A stretch of 64,000 nt of DNA from Blastocystis sp. Blastoise (taxonomy: Eukaryota; Protista; Bigyra: Opalinata). Location of the stretch: NCBI GenBank assembly GCA_039096225.1, contig JBBPEB010000002.1, forward strand, positions 1,116,001-1,180,000. Direction: 5' to 3'. The position numbers and the translations under genes are program-made. This document shows, piece after piece, positions 43,608-64,000 of the stretch (positions are counted from its first letter, which is position 1; the number at the start of each line of letters is the position of its first letter). The notes beneath the pieces are model-generated. The model was given only the letters and a program-made list of their open reading frames with translations. It was not told the origin of the DNA and did no database searches.

Positions 43608-44034
43608 TTTTTCTTTTTCTTTTGTAATTTTTTTTTTCCTTAACGGTTGAGTCATATACTTATAATTTTTTTTCTCTTTCATAATAGTCTATCTTTCAAT
43701 AGATTTCATTCAAATTGAATTGTTCAGTCATATATTTAATTACGCTTTTTAATACAATTCACCAACTTATAGTTTTGATCATGTATACTCATTCTAATAT
43801 ATGTATGAATATTAAATTGACACCTTTTAATATCAAAACTACTCAAACATACAAAATAGAATAGTTTTCATTTTTCCACAAATAAAACGAGATATGAACT
43901 GGAAAACATTATATAATACTGGAATAAAATAATTTTGTTTTTAGGTTTTATTTACGTATTTTATTACTAATTTACAACAGTTTTCTGGTATTTTCTTATT
44001 CTAGATTTAGAATCTTGTTTTAGACGTTCCTATC

Positions 44035-44595
44035 ATGAAGGATATCAATTCTATTCCAAATGACTCAAAACAGATCACTATCAAGTATTCAGAAGACAAC
44101 TTTGTTACATTCGAGCAAATGAGGAGTACAATAGAAGATGTGTTTCCACCTTTACAAGGAAAAGTCTGTGGACAATGTTATCGAGTGCCTCATTTTCTAT
44201 CACTATTGAATATGATTAGTAATATTGTGTTTTTCACTTTATGTATTCTTTACATGTTCGTTAAACCAGTACTTTTTTAAATATTTCATTTTACTCATAT
44301 CAAATGTTATTAGAACGTATCAGGCCCATTTGATCAATATATTACTCTTACATTCAAAGAATTCTTTCTAAAGTATAAACGCATCATTATGTGTGTTGCA
44401 TTCTTAGTAAGATCCCTCATCATCACATTCAAAGATACTAATGTTTTCGAAATCAAATATCAAGATAAATTGTTATATAAACTCAAAAAAACCAATTCAC
44501 CTCCTACCATAGATGAAGTATGCCTCCTTATTTCAAAAACACTCGACTATCCATACACATTAAACTCCGGCGGTTTACACAGAAAATCTTTCTAA
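44035..44595 (+). CDS. Selenoprotein T-like (Rdx family) protein lacking CxxU/CxxC, 1 intron
   Basis: ITIKY...FEQMRSTIEDVFP...VCGQCY, two hydrophobic helices, then TNVFEIKYQDKLLYKLKKTNSPPTIDEV. This parallels SelT GENY...TGAFEI...WSKLESGHLP. Intron at about 44269-44313. Confidence 0.6.
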
Positions 44596-46161
44596 ATTAA
44601 AATAAAAATTTATTCACTTATTTGTTTATTTTTAATTTTTATTCATTAAACCAATTTGAACAAAACAATCATATCCTAAAAAAAAATAAAACTAATAAAA
44701 CTTTAAAAAAACTTCCAATAAGATAAATTACAATTTAACTTCGCCATATCAAAGCATTCTTGCGACACCTGCGAATTGTAACAACCAATCAAGGCAACTA
44801 AATATATATAAAATAAATATCAGAGTAAGGAAGCAACAATAATTGATTAATTACAACAATTGTCAACTCTAAAAATACTCAACCCTTTAGCACTAAAATT
44901 ACACCGGCCTACGACATGAATCGCATAGACAGGCTCTAGCAAGTGCAATTATAAAATCAATAACATTCAGAGAATACAAACACCATCATCAGAATCAGGT
45001 ATAAAATTGTTCCTCATTACATTGATTTCATAAAAAACATCATCGAATATTTTAGACATAAGATACTCAGGGAATAATATAAGACATCAAAGACATCAGT
45101 CGAAAGATGGTGATAATTATTGATTCATCAGCGTATCGAAAAATATAAAAATAATGCTTTTCAGTGTAACTATGACTAAATCCCACATAGAAGAAGTTAC
45201 TTGATAACCAAGACTTCAGATTCGAGAGAATATAAGTTATCATCCTCAAGCATAATTTATTATACAAACATACATATACACATATACATACACTTATTTT
45301 AAAAAACTGATATATATTCTAATAAATCACAACATATCAAAAACAATTCTAAATAAAACAAAGATAAAATTAATTATGAACAACTCTACACTCTAAAGAA
45401 ATTAAGGTGTTTGTAGAGTTATCAAAGAAATATCTATATAATTTTTTATTCGCTAAATTTAGAAAAATAGCAAATGAAACTAGAGCGAGAAATTATTTTA
45501 TTGAGTAAGTAAATAAAAGACAAATAGTAATCAAGAAACAATGAATATGACATATAAAAACCATGAATTATCCAATAAAATCGAATATATTTGTCATGAA
45601 TATTGGTTGTACAAGTTCTATTGATTTTATTATAAAAACATAGATGTTAATGAATGATAACAAAAATGCGTAAAATTAAGTAAGCACGATTTAAATTGAG
45701 AAGATAAAAATTAAATAAATTTTGTATAAAAATATAATTACGGTTATTTTCATAAAATAAAAAAAAATTAAAATAATAGCGGGTAAAAAAAAATAAAATA
45801 AAGACCATAAAAATAATAAAAAAATTCATTGAATATCCAATGAGAATGGTTATAAAAAGAAAAGGGCAGGAAGAATATAGAGAATATGTATAGTGATTGA
45901 GAGAGATATGATAGAGAATATGAAAGTGAGAGTAAAAATTATGATTGAACATGTAATAAAAAAAGGTTGTTTTTCCTTTAAATGAAAATAAGAATAAATT
46001 CACTATTTTTTATTGTGTGACCTAATACATTAAATCAGTATATAAATATGAATATATAAATAGATATATGATGAGAATAGATAAAGAATAGAATATATAA
46101 TAATAAATATTGTTGATTTTATAGAGTTTAATTGTTAATTAATAAATAAATAAAAATCATA

Positions 46162-46838
46162 ATGTTCCAAAAGGAAGTCGTAATTGATTGTCGTGGACAC
46201 CTTGTCGGTCGTCTTGCCTCTATTGTTGCCAAGGAAATTCTTTCTGGTCAAAGAGTTGTTTGTGTAAGATGTGAAGAACTTAACATTTGTGGTTCTAGTA
46301 TGTATATAGAATAGATGATATATAAAAAATATAATTAAAATAATAATAATAATATATATATATTGTTTTTTAATTAATAGTAATTAATTATTATATAAAT
46401 ATAAATAAAATAATTAAATAATAATAATAATAAAATATAGTGATGAGAAATAAGGTTCGTTTTGCTGCTTTCATGAGAAAACACATGAATACTAACCCTT
46501 CTAAATATTTCTATCACTTCCGTGCTCCTTCTAAGATTTTCTACCGTGCTGTCCGTGGAATGGTTCCCCATAAGACTCCTCGTGGTGGTATGGCTCTTGC
46601 TCGTCTGAGAGTTTTTGAAGGTATTCCTGCTCCTTTTGATAAAGTAAAGCGTATGGTTGTTCCTCAAGCTCTTACTAACCTTCGTCTTCGTCCCGATAGA
46701 AAGTTTATCCGTTTAGGAGATCTTTCTTCTCAATTCGGTTGGAAGTATGATGCTGTCATCAAGAAGCTTGAAGATAAGAGAAAGACTAGAGCTCTTGAAT
46801 ATTACAAATCCAAGAAAGCTGCTGCTGCCAAGAACTAA
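46162..46838 (+). CDS. RPL13A: 60S ribosomal protein uL13 (L13a)
   Basis: [40 protein letters not shown], one intron at 46299-46440, then [21 protein letters not shown]. Confidence 0.97.
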
Positions 46839-47003
46839 ATAATATATTAACGAGAAAGATTTTATGAATTTCTTTGTTGGTCATACAAACGATAAAAAAA
46901 ATAATATTGTTTTGTTTATTAAATTTTATAATATATAAAAAAATAGAATTGAAATAATTAATAATAGATTTTTTTTTTAATTTAAAGAATATAATAATAA
47001 ATT

Positions 47004-47184
47004 CAATGTCTTCCCTGACTTTTGTGACAATTGCCATGACAATAGCTGACTGTCACTTTCAGCCAGACTTAAATTGACTTAGTCATAAAAATATAAAATT
47101 ACACTGTCAAAAATAAATATTTTGTCAGAAAATTTTGTGACAATTGCCACGTGGCAATTTTGTCCAGTGACAGGGAAGACACTG
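47004..47184. mobile_element. hAT-type MITE, 181 bp
   Basis: TIR CA(A/G)TGTCTTCCCTG; perfect 8-bp TSD AATAAATT at 46996-47003 and 47185-47192; internal TTTGTGACAATTGCCA twice. Confidence 0.92.
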
Positions 47185-47367
47185 AATAAATTATAAATAA
47201 AAATGAATTTTTTGTTATAAAAATGTTTTTTTTTTTATAGAAAATAAATAATTAGAAAAAGAATATTATATAATAATTTTTCTTTTTTTTTCTTAAAATA
47301 ATTTATAAATTAATTTATAATTAGTTAATATTTATTTTATATATTATTAAATATATATTAAAGAATA

Positions 47368-55859
<8,492 letters not shown>

Positions 55860-56477
55860 ATATATTATTATTATTATTATTATTATTTATATTTCTTTTG
55901 TTTTAGAAAGATAAATTATTTTATTTATAGACTATTTATGTTATTTTTTATTTTTCTTTTTGGCATTACATGAGTATACCCTGACAGCTATGATAGTTTA
56001 TATTTTAAATTGGAACATTTTATATGTATTTGTGAATGACGTCTTTCTACTTTTTGTTTTAAGCTGACTTAAAACCATATTTAATTTTATAAAACTTCAT
56101 TATTTTCGATGAGTAGCTATTATTTATTAATCATTAAAACTATTGATTTTTAGGAAGTGAAGAACGAGTCAGATATACCTTTTTAGAGTCGTTTTTCTCA
56201 ATCTCCTTTTCTTGGATATACGTATTATAATTGGCTTATAAATTATTTTAGCCAATAAAAATCTCAAATATTAAAGTGACAGACCCAATAGCAATTTGAG
56301 TTGATCAAAACAAAGAGAAATTAGCATAAGAACCTTTAATTTTTATACGCAAATTGATACAAACCAAATAACTGTACATGTATTTTTAAGAAAAGATTTA
56401 CAGTTCGCAAACCTGATAACATTTTGTTGTTTATATTTTTGAATATATATTTTTTAACCAAAAATTTCTCATTAAAA

Positions 56478-57633
56478 ATGGCTAAAGGTAAAGGTAAAGG
56501 TCAGAATGCTATTGATTCTTGTAAGGATGGTGTAAGCTGTTGTTGTTGTTGTGTCTTTTGTTTGATTTTCCTCCCTCCAATTCTTTTAATTATTAGCTTA
56601 TGCTTGTTGTTTGGACATAACACTCGTGTAGAAAGAATTGAAAAATATAATCAATTGGTTGTTGATTGGAATAATAAGGGAAGAGATACGTTTATGAATA
56701 ATTCTATCACTGTTGGTATTGGAAAGGATAATGTTAAATTAACAAAGATCGATAGTGCTAGTGGTTCATATTGGCCCGTTCGTGATTCTTGTAAACAAGA
56801 TGATGATCCTGCTGAAGGTTGTATTAAAACAAAGCCTTATAATCTCAGAGGTGAAAACTGGTATTCTTCTTATTCCAATGTAACACTTTATAATAACGGA
56901 ACAAAATTCTTTTCATCAACTATTGACTATAACAAATATAATATATATACAGCTAGACAACTGAGTTGTGATGATGGAAAGTATGTATATATATAGTATA
57001 ATGTTTAGTTGTTTAATAGAATGATATGTTGTTTTTTTCTTTATGTTTTTGTATTGCGTTAACAATGAATAATAATATATATAATATATTTAGAGTAAGT
57101 TGTTATGATAAATGTAAGGATAAGTCTGGTGTTTGGGATGGTTATCGATGTACTGTCACTTTATATTTATATAACATTTGCTATAGAGTTATTGATACTA
57201 AGAATGGTTATAGAATTGATACACCTGCGTATATATATATTATTATTATTATTATTATTAGGTATCATTTGTTGCTATATATTATTCGTTAATTTATCTA
57301 GTTTTTATACATCAAAATATATCAATATATATATATAGTACATTACCTCTTCATGGAGTTCAAGGAATGGGTTGTGAATATCACGATGGAGGATGGGACC
57401 CTGCTACTTATGTTCTTAACTCAAGATCTACTGTAATTGTTACTATTCGTTATTATGAAGATCCCTATATTATTGCTAGTGATTTAACCAGCGGATGTTC
57501 TTCTGATTCTTCTATTTCAACATCTTGTTTTGGTGCAACTAAGAAGGAACAACAAGGAACTGGTATTATCTTGCTAGTTATCGCTATTATTGGCCTTTGT
57601 ATTGAAATAGCTGTATATATAATAATATCTCAG

Positions 57634-57692
<59 letters not shown>

Positions 57693-57898
57693 TTATATAG
57701 ACTATTACACTTATGGTTTTCTGCTGTAAATCCAGTTTCAAAGCTATATTCCATAAGAAGGACAGTCTTATTCCTAATAAAAATTATGGTCAATATTCTA
57801 CTGCGCCTCAAGTAGTTGCTCCTCCTGTATATCAACAACAGCCCTATTATAACGCTTATAATACTCAACCTCAATATCCTACCGCTACTCTCGTTTAA
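56478..57898 (+). CDS. Hypothetical two-TM membrane protein with a Cys-rich extracellular loop and Pro/Tyr/Gln-rich tail
   Basis: Cys string CCCCC before TM1, Cys-rich exons, TM2 GIILLVIAIIGLCIEIA, tail containing APPVYQQQPYY; 3 GT-AG introns. Confidence 0.8.
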
Positions 57899-59119
57899 AT
57901 ATTATAAATACTGTTGCTTCCTTATAATTTTTTTTTATTTCTTTATATAATTTTGAAAAGAATTCTCTTCGAGTGTCATGTTTTGTTGTTTTTATATATA
58001 AGAATTTTATATATATGTGTAATATTCAAAATATAATTGTTATTTCTCATCTATTTCATTTATATAATTGTTATAGTTTATGCTATATTTATTCATTAAA
58101 ATATAATAAATAGATTAATACCTTTATAAATATGTACAAACAATATTCTTGTGAATAATTTATTGAATAATTTAATATATAAGAATAATAAAATAGCATA
58201 TATCTTTAAATGTATCATTCTATATATTCTAAATAAATATATAATTTCTAGTCTCTTATTCAACTTTAGGAGAGATAAAATTTTCAATATATACCAAAAA
58301 ATGTATTTAGATTTGTATTATATAGTTATAACGATAATCATTTTTAATAAGATTATTGAACATATATTATATATATTATCATGTTTTCGTATAACTACAA
58401 TAAAGATTCATTCAAATAAGAAAAAATCATAAAGCTAATTCAAACACACTAATGAATATATGCAGAATTCTACTAAAACACTCATTTCTTTTGTTTTCAT
58501 GATTGATTCATGTTTGTTTATATATCATTAGCATAAGAAGGGTTAAACATATTTATTATTAACCAATTAGACGCGTTCAATACCAGGACAAACAAAAGGA
58601 GATTCAATGATTTCTTATATTTTTATTATATCATAAATTTTCATACTCTCAATTCATTTGCGTAGTTATGCACTAGTCAAACATAACATTTATTATCATT
58701 ATACATCACAGAACATTATATGTGCTATAATAATTAATTCTTTTATAAATCACCAATAGCTAGATTGTAATCCAAGAATATCATGCAAATTTATTACTTT
58801 TTACAGATAAACATAACTCAATTTATAACAAGTATTTCTATAGTTTTCTTTACTACTGTTTATATCGTAGGCGCCAATCTGATCTGGGTCTATGATTATT
58901 ATAATACACCTCAATTGAAAATACTGCATTCAAAAATTAAATAATTACAAGCTAGTATTTTTAAAAAAGGACAAAAAAAGTCAGTGAGAAATACTTGAAA
59001 ATCATGGTTTTTTCTGGATATATCGAATATGACACTGAAAGCTCTCATAACTAGATTTTATTTAATTTTTTATTTTTATTTAATTTTTTTTTATTTGCAA
59101 TATAAATAGAAAACTAAAT

Positions 59120-60971
59120 ATGAGTATAATTAATTATGAAAAATTATATAAAGATGCCTATAAGTATTTCTGTGAATTTGCACTCAACCAAAGATACCAT
59201 CTAGTTGAACAGCTCAATGCTGCAATGCTAACAAATCTGATAAGAGTTGCTCAAATATTTCAAGATGACAGCAACAGTGATATGATACATATAATTTTTG
59301 ATATCTGCATTCAAAGACATGACCCTGATGCAATTCGTATAGAAATGGTAGTGTCTAAAAGCTTATATCCTGAAAAAGCTCCTTTTATTCGATTAATGCC
59401 ATATGCATCATACTTAATGAATCTTCAATATGATTGGATTAATTCTAATGGAGTTTTAAAAAAGTCTGTTATGAAAACATTTAAACCTGAATTAACAATT
59501 TCTCAAATCCGTGGATTTATAGAAATTCTTGTGAAGAAATACAATCTTTATTTGTATATATATCATTATATATATATACGTCTTACTAGTTTTTAACTAT
59601 TTCCAAATATATTTAGAAAAGGTATATATTTATAATTTGTTATTTACTGTACTATTATATAAATATTCATATATATATATAGTAAATTATCTTAATGGTG
59701 ATGTTTTTACCCCCAAAATTGTGGATCCACTTAACTATGGTCCAGATAATGTAGAAAATCCCAACTTTCTGGGAAAAGGACTATATGGAACTTACTTTAA
59801 ATCGTATGTATATATAGAGTAATGTATACTGATAATGATGTAATCATAATATAACCATGTTATGCTTTATTATTACTATAGTTGTTATAACAATCGTCCT
59901 GTTTGTATAAAACAAATTAAAAAGGATAATGGTGAGTCACAAAAATATATAAGTCGTGAAGTGGAAGCAATGACATTATTAAATAAAGGAGATAATAAAG
60001 GAATTGTTAAGTTATACGGAATAATTGAACATAAAGACAACATCCTGCTAGTAACAGAATTACCACCAAATGGCAATCTTTATACATATATGAAAAATAT
60101 AAAAAATGAGAAGAAAGATACAATGTCATTATGTGATATATTTAAACAAGTTGCAAGTGCTGTGGCTTTTATTCATGAAAACCATGTTTATCACAGAGAT
60201 ATTAAAGTATTAAATATATATATATTTTATATATATTATATATCACTTTATGACTGTTATTATAGCCTGAAAATATTTTTATGGATGAAAATAATAATCC
60301 TGTTTTGGGAGATTTTGGATTGTCACGTGTTATTGATGAAAAAGTTGATCTAACTAGCATTACTCATTGTGGCACATACCCTTTGTATATATATATATAT
60401 AATGATTATATTCTTTTTTTTTTCAATATGTTATGTAATTATTATTGTTTATTAATATTCTTGCCATTCTTATGTGTATTATATATATATATAGTGCTGC
60501 TCCAGAAATGTTTATTGAAAATAGTTTGATTACAAATAAATGTGATATATTCTCATTAGGTTTACTTGGCTATTATATTATGACTAAACATAGTTTAGCA
60601 TTAGAATTATTTAGTGATGAGGCAAAAGTATATATTTTTATATAATAATGTTATCATTGTTTATTAATATATATATATATATATATATATAGTGTAGAAC
60701 TTATAAAACAAATCCATCTTATGAAGTTCAAATAAATAGTTTTCTGAATCCAAGTATTCATCTGATTCTATATATTATCGAACTATATTAATACATTATT
60801 ATTCTTAATTCTCTTTATGATACTCATTATTACATATCTATATCTATAGTATTATATAACTTATTCCAGAAATGCTTATCTTTTAATCCTGACGAAAGAC
60901 CTTCTGCAGCTGACATTGTTAAAGAATTAGATAAATATAAAGGACCTCTATATACAAATTCTATTGAATAA
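59120..60971 (+). CDS. Protein kinase with an N-terminal UEV/UBC-like domain
   Basis: Kinase motifs LGKGLYG, VCIK, HRDIK|PENI, DFG, CGT..APE, DIFSLG and FNPDERPSA. N-terminal IRIEMVVSKSLYPEKAPFIRL...WINSNGVL resembles the Tsg101 UEV domain. Confidence 0.85.
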
Positions 60972-61760
60972 AGGACAAGAAGATAATACCTTTTCTCCTA
61001 GAGAGAGGTCATTGTTTATTCTTATATGAATATTTCTACTGTTTCTTATTGTTTAGTTTTAATTACATTTTTTACTTTCTATTCTGTGTATTTTATTCTT
61101 TTATTACTATCATTTTATTATAATATATGTCTTGTAAAACAGTCTGTTACTAATTATTATGATAATATATATTGTTACGTTTCTGTTTATTTCAGCATCT
61201 CTTTTTCTGTTATAAAGTATTAAAGTATATACTATTTATAATTCTATTTATCTGAGTATCGTAATAAAACCCAGATTATGATTTATGCACAAACAGACAA
61301 TTATCATTTTGAAATGTCATCATTTCATCTTTTTAAAATAATAATTCTATTATCACAATAATAAATACAACATTTCTAAACAAATATAGACATGAATTTC
61401 TTTAAATTTTCACAAGAATCTTAAATAAATTTGAAGACATTTCAAAGAAAAGCACACTCTGTATCCCAGAATAACTGTAAAAACCCTATAAATGTCATGA
61501 AAGAGATAATTAAATAAAAGAATCTCACGAAGAATTGTCCTAACTAAATAATTGGCTAAAATATGATCAGGTTTAATAAAAATACCTAGTAAACCATCTA
61601 GAGAATTTACAATACTATTTATTGGATAAAAATAGTCACTCATTTACTAGCTATATTTTTCTTCTGTTTGAATTTCTCCTTTTTATAGAATTTAAATCTA
61701 ATAACACATATATAAATCTTTTATTCTATAAATTTATTAATATCTCTATTCATATACAAA

Positions 61761-61928
61761 ATGAGTTGGTTAAGTAAAAATCTCAAAAAAGCTAATCGTT
61801 GGACAAATAAGCGCGTTATCCAGCCAACAATAGATGCTGTGAGAGAGGGTGTCGTTATAGGTGTTGCTGGGGCCATAGCCGGCGTTCCTGGTAGTGTATC
61901 AGCAGTTGTAAAGAAGGTTGTAAAGTAA
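61761..61928 (+). CDS. 55-aa cationic amphipathic peptide, cecropin P1-like; not in the ORF track
   Basis: MSWLSKNLKKANRWTNKRVIQPTIDAVREGVVIGVAGAIAGVPGSVSAVVKKVVK*. It forms a GC-rich island in AT-rich flanks, has an AAAATG start context, and has upstream ATTGG (CCAAT) boxes at 61551 and 61621. Confidence 0.7.
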   Translation: MSWLSKNLKKANRWTNKRVIQPTIDAVREGVVIGVAGAIAGVPGSVSAVVKKVVK

Positions 61929-62418
61929 TTCAAAAGAAATAATGTGCAATTATTATTCATTTTTATTGTAAAAAAATATTCTGTTATTATATTATATGTT
62001 TTGTTGTCTTTATTAGTATAGAAAATATAATAGACTTTATAAAATTAATAATTTATACAAAATTCTTTATGACTATATTACTTTTTTAAATACTACGATT
62101 TAAACAAAATTGAGACATATCGCGATGTTACACTAATAATATTATGGTCTTTAAATCTATTTATTATAATTATAACAGAATTTTATACAAAATATTCATA
62201 TCGATAAATTTGAATACAGCATAAAAATCAGTAAATAAATACCGAAATATATTCTATATTAAGTGTAACATTGCATATAATACATTTAGAATATATAATA
62301 TCTTAATTAAATAAGTAACTATGAATAAAATAAAAAATAACATAAATAGTCTATAAATAAAATAATTTATCTTTCTAAAACAAAAGAAATATAAATAATA
62401 ATAATAATAATAATATAT

Positions 62419-62465
62419 TTATATAAGATTATTCATTGAGAATAAATGTCGAATAGTTGGTCGAC

Positions 62466-62505
<40 letters not shown>

Positions 62506-62574
62506 TATAAAATATATATATACCCATGAGGACAATTCCAAGGCTGATTCATTTCGGATAAATGACGAACTATC

Positions 62575-62625
<51 letters not shown>

Positions 62626-62699
62626 TACTTTAACCATTTGTTTATATGTTAAACTCGTTCCTATCATTATACTATATCTATATATATATATATATATAA

Positions 62700-62730
<31 letters not shown>

Positions 62731-63626
62731 TACCTGCAAGCTTGACTAGCAAAAAGAGTAGATACTTTAGAAGGTCGAGGAAGAAGAGAAGATATATATA
62801 TAGAAGACATATTTGTAGGAATAGAAGAAGGAAGAAGAGGATGATCTTGAATTTTATGTAATAAATCATAAAAATCTATTCATAAAATATAATAATAATA
62901 ATAATAATAATAAATATAATATACCTTCTATATTAAATATATGAGATCGAATAGAAGGAACACCAATAATTTTTGCATATTCATTTATACCATATAATTG
63001 ATTATCATCTTCAATCACATGCTCATTATTCATCTCATCACGTACATAAAATAATATCTTAAATCCATTATATTCAAATATATATTTATAATTATCTAAT
63101 AATTGAATATCACTTGGAGTTAAACATAAAGAATTTGGACTATATAATAATATATAATATATAATATATATATAATACATTAATAATGGTTGAGTAGAAA
63201 TTGTAGTATTTATACAAATTGATTCATAATTATATTTTTCATCACAAGCATGTTGATCTAATATATAAAATTCATTCTTATATATACATATTATAAATCC
63301 TTTATTAAATTGACCAATTATATGCATATATTGAAAATCATCTTTATATAATATTTTACTTAATATTTTCTCTATTTCTTCTTTATCTTTATTATCTTCT
63401 TTATTTCTATATATATTTAATATTTATATATATATTTATTTTATTTATTATATATTTATTATATATTATATATATTTATATATATTTATATATATTTATT
63501 ACAATTTATTATTTTCTAATATCTTTCTATCATTCATTTCTTTATCTTCTTCTTCTTTTAATCTATATTTTATACTTCGATTTATATTCTTACATATATC
63601 TGAAATATTACATTTATAATTCTATA

Positions 63627-63658
<32 letters not shown>

Positions 63659-64000
63659 TTATTATTATATACTTTAGATTTCATTTCATTTGATTTCATT
63701 TTATTATTTATATTAATATCTAATAATTCATTTTCAAATAATTCTATATGATTCTCTTTTATAATCTCTTCTATTCTTTTATCTTCTTCATCTTCTTTTA
63801 TATCATTATTACATTCATCTATTATCATTTCATTATTATTATTATTATTAGTATTAGTATTAATAGTAGTATTATTATCAATAGTATTATTATCAATAGT
63901 AGTAGTATCAATAGTAGTAGTATCAATAGTAGTATTATTAATAGTATTATTATTATTATATTCATTATTATTATTATTATTATTAATAGTAGTAGTATCG
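62419..64000 (-). CDS. PMS2: Second PMS2 copy (3' part; continues beyond the window), inverted duplicate
   Basis: 62327-64000 is the reverse complement of 54212-55954; exons appear identical and intron microsatellites differ in length. Confidence 0.9.

Noticed and set aside
44740-45300. Moderately GC-rich stretch that might be a gene or pseudogene
   Set aside because: Stops in the frames I read and no recognisable motif.
61721-61960. 79-aa minus-strand ORF
   Set aside because: It is the antisense shadow of the 55-aa plus-strand ORF, which has the better start context and a coherent amphipathic sequence.

Overview
Extremely AT-rich, intron-rich eukaryotic DNA. Introns are mostly GTATAT...ATATAG and are inflated by (TA)n/(AAT)n tracts. 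Gene content and the He_PIG/F5-8-type surface protein suggest an anaerobic protist such as a Blastocystis-like stramenopile (inference only). Housekeeping genes: ERG8-type phosphomevalonate kinase, soluble fumarate reductase, a Mic19-like CHCH protein, proteasome beta7, a SANT protein, ETF-alpha, ALG9, RPL13A, PMS2 plus an inverted second copy, tRNA-Gly(GCC) and tRNA-Thr(AGT). Main unusual items: (1) a 16.2-kb Buster/Charlie-type hAT element (12868-29089) with a perfect 8-bp TSD, inserted just upstream of a surface-protein start codon and carrying its transposase, an intron-retaining UTP20 fragment, a nested hAT end and two Pol III-like units; (2) a 55-aa cationic ORF missed by the ORF track that resembles cecropin P1; (3) an ADD + pre-SET + degenerate split-SET protein; (4) a UEV-kinase fusion; (5) a SelT-like protein without its redox motif; (6) a 4.1-kb Helitron-like element and a tRNA inside a PMS2 intron; (7) a recurrent GC-rich TCCCGCGGGA-like motif in exons. 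All calls come from reading motifs by eye; no searches were run.
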